Below are positions 16,105-19,326 of a stretch of 19,326 bases of DNA, piece after piece (the first letter of the stretch is position 1; every line of letters starts with the position of its first letter). The notes under the pieces are model-generated. The model was given only the letters and a program-made list of their open reading frames with translations, made no database searches and was not told the origin of the DNA. Source of the stretch: a bacterium (GTDB lineage: Bacteria; Sysuimicrobiota; Sysuimicrobiia; Sysuimicrobiales; Kaftiobacteriaceae). A program made the translations under genes and the position numbers. The stretch spans positions 1-19,326 of the forward strand of contig JBIOWP010000156.1 in NCBI GenBank assembly GCA_044868695.1, read 5' to 3'.

Positions 16105-16729
16105 GCACCTCATCCTGATGGTAGACGGCGCCTCAAGGGGCAATCCGGGCCCGTCGGCCATCGGCGTCGTTATCAAAGACGCAAAGGGCAAGGTCCTCAA
16201 GGAGATCGGCGAGTACATCGGCGACTTCACGAACAACGTCGCCGAGTACCGGGCGCTGCTCCGGGCGCTGGAGGAGGCGAAGGCAATGCAGGGCGCCTCG
16301 GTGGAGATTCGCTCCGACAGCGACCTGCTGGTCAGCCAGCTCCAGGGCAGTTATAAGGTGAAGAGTCCCGATCTCGGCCCGCTGTACCTCGACGCCATCC
16401 GGCTGCTGAGGGGATTCTCGAAGTCGACCTTCACGAAGATCCCACGGGGGCAGAACGCCGCCGCCGACGCGATGGCAAACCGCGCCATTGATCAGGCGTT
16501 CCCGGAGTCGTCGCTTGAGTTTTCCGTGATCGTTGAGAAAGAGGACAAGCTCTACGTCGCGCGGGTCCCGGCCTTCGGCGTGAAGGGGTACGGCGCCACG
16601 CGTTCCGAGGCCCTTGAGATGGCGCGGGACGAGGTCATCGAGCAGATCAAAGAACTCCGCACGCAGGGGAAGCCCATTCCGCAGGAAGAACGCATCCGCG
16701 TCCGCATCGCCGGCGACGACATTCATTAG
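16088..16729 (+). CDS. rnhA: Ribonuclease HI (Rv2228c/archaeal-type) with C-terminal HicB-like domain
   Basis: DGASRGNPG, TNNVAEY, SDS.L.V.Q..G.YKVK and PR.QN..AD.MAN give all four acidic residues. About 70 C-terminal residues match the HicB N-terminal pattern. Confidence 0.9.
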   Translation: MSRTGKHLILMVDGASRGNPGPSAIGVVIKDAKGKVLKEIGEYIGDFTNNVAEYRALLRALEEAKAMQGASVEIRSDSDLLVSQLQGSYKVKSPDLGPLYLDAIRLLRGFSKSTFTKIPRGQNAAADAMANRAIDQAFPESSLEFSVIVEKEDKLYVARVPAFGVKGYGATRSEALEMARDEVIEQIKELRTQGKPIPQEERIRVRIAGDDIH

Positions 16730-16750
16730 AACACGGCTGCATGGGCGCGA

Positions 16751-16779
16751 TTGCAGTGAGGCTGTCCGGATGGTAGGAT
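16751..16779 (+). promoter_or_regulatory. sigma70-type promoter of rnpB
   Basis: TTGCAG (16751-16756), 17 nt, TAGGAT (16774-16779) with extended TG. Ends 6 nt before P1. Confidence 0.75.
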
Positions 16780-16785
16780 AGGCCC

Positions 16786-17195
16786 GGGAGCAGGCCGGGC
16801 GACCGCTGGAGGCTGTTCGCCTTCGGAGGAAAGTCCGGGCACCACAGGGCAGGGCGCTGGGTAACACCCAGTGGGGGCGACCCCAAGGAAAGTGCCACAG
16901 AAACATACCGCCCTGCACCATTCGCCTGCGGCTCAGGTACAGGGCGTCGCCCTGAACCCGAGCGTAGCGAGTGGTTCAGGGTAAGGGTGCAATCGTGCGG
17001 TAAGAGCGCACGAGGCTCCGGGCGACCGGAGACCTGGGCAAACCCCGCTCGGTGCAAGGCCACGTAGGGGGAGATGAGGCGGCCCGCCGCATCCCCGGGT
17101 AGGCTGCTTGAAGCGTCCGGCAACGGACGTTCTAGAGAGATGGCCGCCGCCACTCGCAAAGGGTGGTACAGAACCCGGCTTACAGGCCTGCTCCC
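16786..17195 (+). ncRNA. rnpB: RNase P RNA, bacterial type A
   Basis: P1 GGGAGCAGGCC/GGCCTGCTCCC, GAGGAAAGTCCGGGC, GGAAAGTGCCACAGAAA, GGTAAGGGTG, CGGTAAGAGC, GGCAAACCCC, ACAGAACCCGGCTTA. Confidence 0.97.
16911..16981. repeat. Inverted doublet of REP-like family A hairpins occupying rnpB helix P12
   Basis: Copy 1 is 16911-16944 and copy 2 (inverted) is 16950-16981. Each folds alone, and the two also pair with each other. Confidence 0.7.
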
Positions 17196-17215
17196 CCAAA
17201 ACTACCAGCAGTCAG

Positions 17216-17253
17216 AAGGCGGTAGGCAGTAAGCAGTCACTGCCTGCTGCCTT
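17216..17253. other. 15-bp hairpin built from degenerate heptamer repeats, between rnpB and convergent namZ (possible terminator)
   Basis: AAGGCGGTAGGCAGT-AAGCAGTC-ACTGCCTGCTGCCTT, with two G-U pairs on the + strand. Confidence 0.55.
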
Positions 17254-17296
17254 GCTGTCTCTGGGGAACTTTCGGCAGAGTATAAGATCTTATGGT

Positions 17297-17330
17297 GTCA
17301 TTGCGAGGCCCGTAGGGCCGAAGCAATCTC
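17297..17330 (+). repeat. REP-like hairpin, family B, copy 1
   Basis: GTCATTGCGAGGCCCGTAGGGCCGAAGCAATCTC. 25/34 identical to 19081-19114. Confidence 0.7.
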
Positions 17331-17350
17331 CTAAGGAAACGAATCGCCGC

Positions 17351-18742
17351 CTACTTTGCTCCGCCGCCCGCCAGACTTCCACAGATAGCAGGGCGATCGT
17401 CGCAAACTACGGCTTTCGCGCGGATAGGCACAGGTCTTACCGGCGCATTGATCGCCGCGGGCTCCGCTTTGACCGGCAGGGGTATCATCTGAGCCACCCC
17501 GCCTGACCGAGGGTAGAGCAGAAAGCGCTGGCGCACGTCCAAGAATCGCTCCAACCCGTTCTGCCACGAGGCCACGATCCGATCGGGGCTTGATCCACGC
17601 ACAAGGGCACGCCGGACTTCATCGCTTCCCCAGACCAAATCGAAGACGTACCGCCCGCTGTAGACCGACGTCGTGAATCGCAATAATCCCGGATGCAGGT
17701 CCCGGATAGCGGCGAGGATGTACACAGTAGTCGTCGCAGGCAGAAACTGGCGGGGATCGGTGATGACGAGTTTCACGCCGCCCTTCCGGTTGCCGCCGGA
17801 TCCTGCGACCTGAGGTGCGAAGTGCACCCCAGGCAGACCAACGCGATTCAGCCTCTGCGCCAGCAGGTCGCCTCGGATCCCCGGCCCGGTCACAGTCTCA
17901 AACGGCACACTCGAACCGGCGCCGACGGAGAGATTCGTCCCCTCGAGCATCCCGGTGGCCGCATGCAGCAGGGCGGCGGCGGGAGAGCGGATCATCGGCG
18001 ACGGCCGGAACCACTGCAGGCCGGTGTCATCCCACTGCATCGCCGGCTGCCAGCCTGACATCGGAACCACCACGAGTTTCGCCCCGATCCTGAACTCCTG
18101 GTTGAACAGCATCGCCAACTCGCCCACCGTCATGCCGTGGACGGAGGGGACAGCAAAGATCCCGATAAACGACGCAAACGCGGGGTTTAGGACCGGCCCG
18201 TCCACGCGCTCCCCGCCTAGTGGATTCGGCCGGTCCAGGACGACGAATAACTTGTCATACTCAGCGGCCGCCTGCATCGCCAGGGCCATTGTAGAAATGT
18301 ACGTGTACGCGCGCGCGCCGACGTCCTGAAGGTCGAAGACGAGGGCGTCGATGCCGGCCAACATTTCCGCGGTCGGCCGCCGGGTATCGGAGTAGAGGCT
18401 GTAGATGGGGATCGGCCCGTCAATCGACGGCACCCGGGTTCCCGCCGGCAGGGTGCCGGACAGTCCGTGCTCGGGCGCAAACAGCGCCACGATCCGGATC
18501 CGAGGGTCGAAAGAGAGCAGGGTAGACGTGGGGTAGCCGCCCGACCCGGCAGCCGCTCTGTGAGTAATGAGTCCTACACGCTTCCCGGCCAGGAGATCGC
18601 CGCGGCCGGACAGCAGCATGTCCACGCCGGGGTACACCTTGGTCTGGGTTGAGAAAGCAGGTGTTGATAGGGCGGTGAAGGCCGCCAGGAGAACGACCGA
18701 GCAGGGAAGAATTCGTCGTAGTAGAAGGTGCGTCACATGCAT
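17351..18742 (-). CDS. namZ: Exo-beta-N-acetylmuramidase NamZ family (DUF1343/YbbC), secreted
   Basis: GKRVGLIT, LFAPEHG, IYSLY, FDLQDVGARAYTYISTM, VLDRPNPLGG, HGMTVGELA, PSP, EGTNLSVG. Signal-peptide-like N-terminus; exact start uncertain (ATG 18742 or GTG 18736). Confidence 0.92.
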   Translation of the reverse strand: MHVTHLLLRRILPCSVVLLAAFTALSTPAFSTQTKVYPGVDMLLSGRGDLLAGKRVGLITHRAAAGSGGYPTSTLLSFDPRIRIVALFAPEHGLSGTLPAGTRVPSIDGPIPIYSLYSDTRRPTAEMLAGIDALVFDLQDVGARAYTYISTMALAMQAAAEYDKLFVVLDRPNPLGGERVDGPVLNPAFASFIGIFAVPSVHGMTVGELAMLFNQEFRIGAKLVVVPMSGWQPAMQWDDTGLQWFRPSPMIRSPAAALLHAATGMLEGTNLSVGAGSSVPFETVTGPGIRGDLLAQRLNRVGLPGVHFAPQVAGSGGNRKGGVKLVITDPRQFLPATTTVYILAAIRDLHPGLLRFTTSVYSGRYVFDLVWGSDEVRRALVRGSSPDRIVASWQNGLERFLDVRQRFLLYPRSGGVAQMIPLPVKAEPAAINAPVRPVPIRAKAVVCDDRPAICGSLAGGGAK

Positions 18743-18997
18743 TGTCCGTATTGTCGAAGCCGTCACGTAATCCCGAATATCACCGTCCGCTGGAGCCAGC
18801 TCCGGGGGAGGCTCCGCCCTGAGCGAGGGCATTTCTGCACCGGGTGCGGACGCCCCTTCGTAGCGGCCCCCGCCAGCGACCTCACCCTCCGCTCAGTTCG
18901 AGTGGACGGCATCAGCCCTGCGCTTTCCAGCCTTCAGGGGAGCGGTGACGTGGTGATCGTTCGTCACCGCGCCGGCACCCCCGAAGTCCTTTTCTAG
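18737..18997 (+). CDS. Candidate small zinc-ribbon protein (CPYC..CTGC)
   Basis: MHCPYCRSRHV...HFCTGCGRPF. AAGGTG and a sigmaH-like motif lie upstream. No family recognised. Confidence 0.45.
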   Translation: MHCPYCRSRHVIPNITVRWSQLRGRLRPERGHFCTGCGRPFVAAPASDLTLRSVRVDGISPALSSLQGSGDVVIVRHRAGTPEVLF

Positions 18998-19080
18998 CGC
19001 CTGCCCAGGCGAGGCCTCATCCGCTTCTGTCGTCGCAAGGTTTCGGCCTCTTCTGTTACAGCGAGCTCCCGGTCTCTTCC

Positions 19081-19114
19081 GTCATCGCGAGCCCCAGAGG
19101 GGCGTGGCGATCCC
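19081..19114 (+). repeat. REP-like hairpin, family B, copy 2
   Basis: GTCATCGCGAGCCCCAGAGGGGCGTGGCGATCCC. Shows compensatory changes relative to 17297-17330. Confidence 0.7.
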
Positions 19115-19240
19115 CTTCCTATAGTTCCCCTCTTCGGGCCGTTCAGACAGGGATGTCTTTGCTGTGAAAAGGGCGTAAAGGGACTCTCAACAGGGAAAGC
19201 AAAGAACACCTGCGATTTGAGGCCATATTCGGGGTGAAGT

Positions 19241-19326
19241 GTGTCTGAGGCTGTTGTTCCATTGCCCGAAAAAGAACGCCCAATCGGCTTCCTCGGCCTC
19301 ATGCGCAACCGCAACTACGGGCTGCT
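19241..19326 (+). CDS. Probable MFS transporter, N-terminus only (runs off the window)
   Basis: GTG-initiated open frame MSEAVVPLPEKERPIGFLGLMRNRNYGL(L). RNRNY/F-x-LL is typical just before TM1 of MFS exporters. GGGGTG lies upstream. Confidence 0.55.
   Translation, partial: MSEAVVPLPEKERPIGFLGLMRNRNYGL

Noticed and set aside
16647..17506. ORFs overlapping rnpB (16647-17159, 16933-17199, 17108-17506)
   Set aside because: Spurious frames across a structural RNA and repeats.
1..19326. CRISPR array, IS element or defence system
   Set aside because: No regularly spaced repeats, and no transposase, cas or recognisable defence genes.

Overview
High-GC bacterial chromosomal window of mostly housekeeping and transport genes. 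The lineage cannot be fixed from sequence alone; the gene style suggests a Terrabacteria lineage such as Armatimonadota/CSP1-3 (inference only). In order: a 5'-truncated M20 peptidase, an ArgE/DapE-type M20 hydrolase, a peptide/nickel ABC set (SBP, two permeases, no ATPase), a PIG3-type quinone oxidoreductase, and a convergent membrane-anchored HD-GYP protein. Next come ireB/reoM directly upstream of murA, tRNA-Val(TAC), a second ATPase-less peptide ABC set with an acetamidase/formamidase, and a DUF4760-like protein with a basic tail. The window ends with a C4 zinc-ribbon protein, RNase HI fused to a HicB-like domain, RNase P RNA, NamZ (DUF1343), a candidate small CxxC..CxxC ORF and the start of a probable MFS transporter. 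The most notable observations are (1) the MurA proteolysis adaptor ReoM/IreB co-encoded with murA, (2) the RNase HI-HicB fusion, (3) a covarying REP-like hairpin present as an inverted doublet inside rnpB P12 and again on the tRNA-Val CCA end, (4) a second REP-like family flanking namZ, and (5) a recurring sigmaH-like promoter motif.
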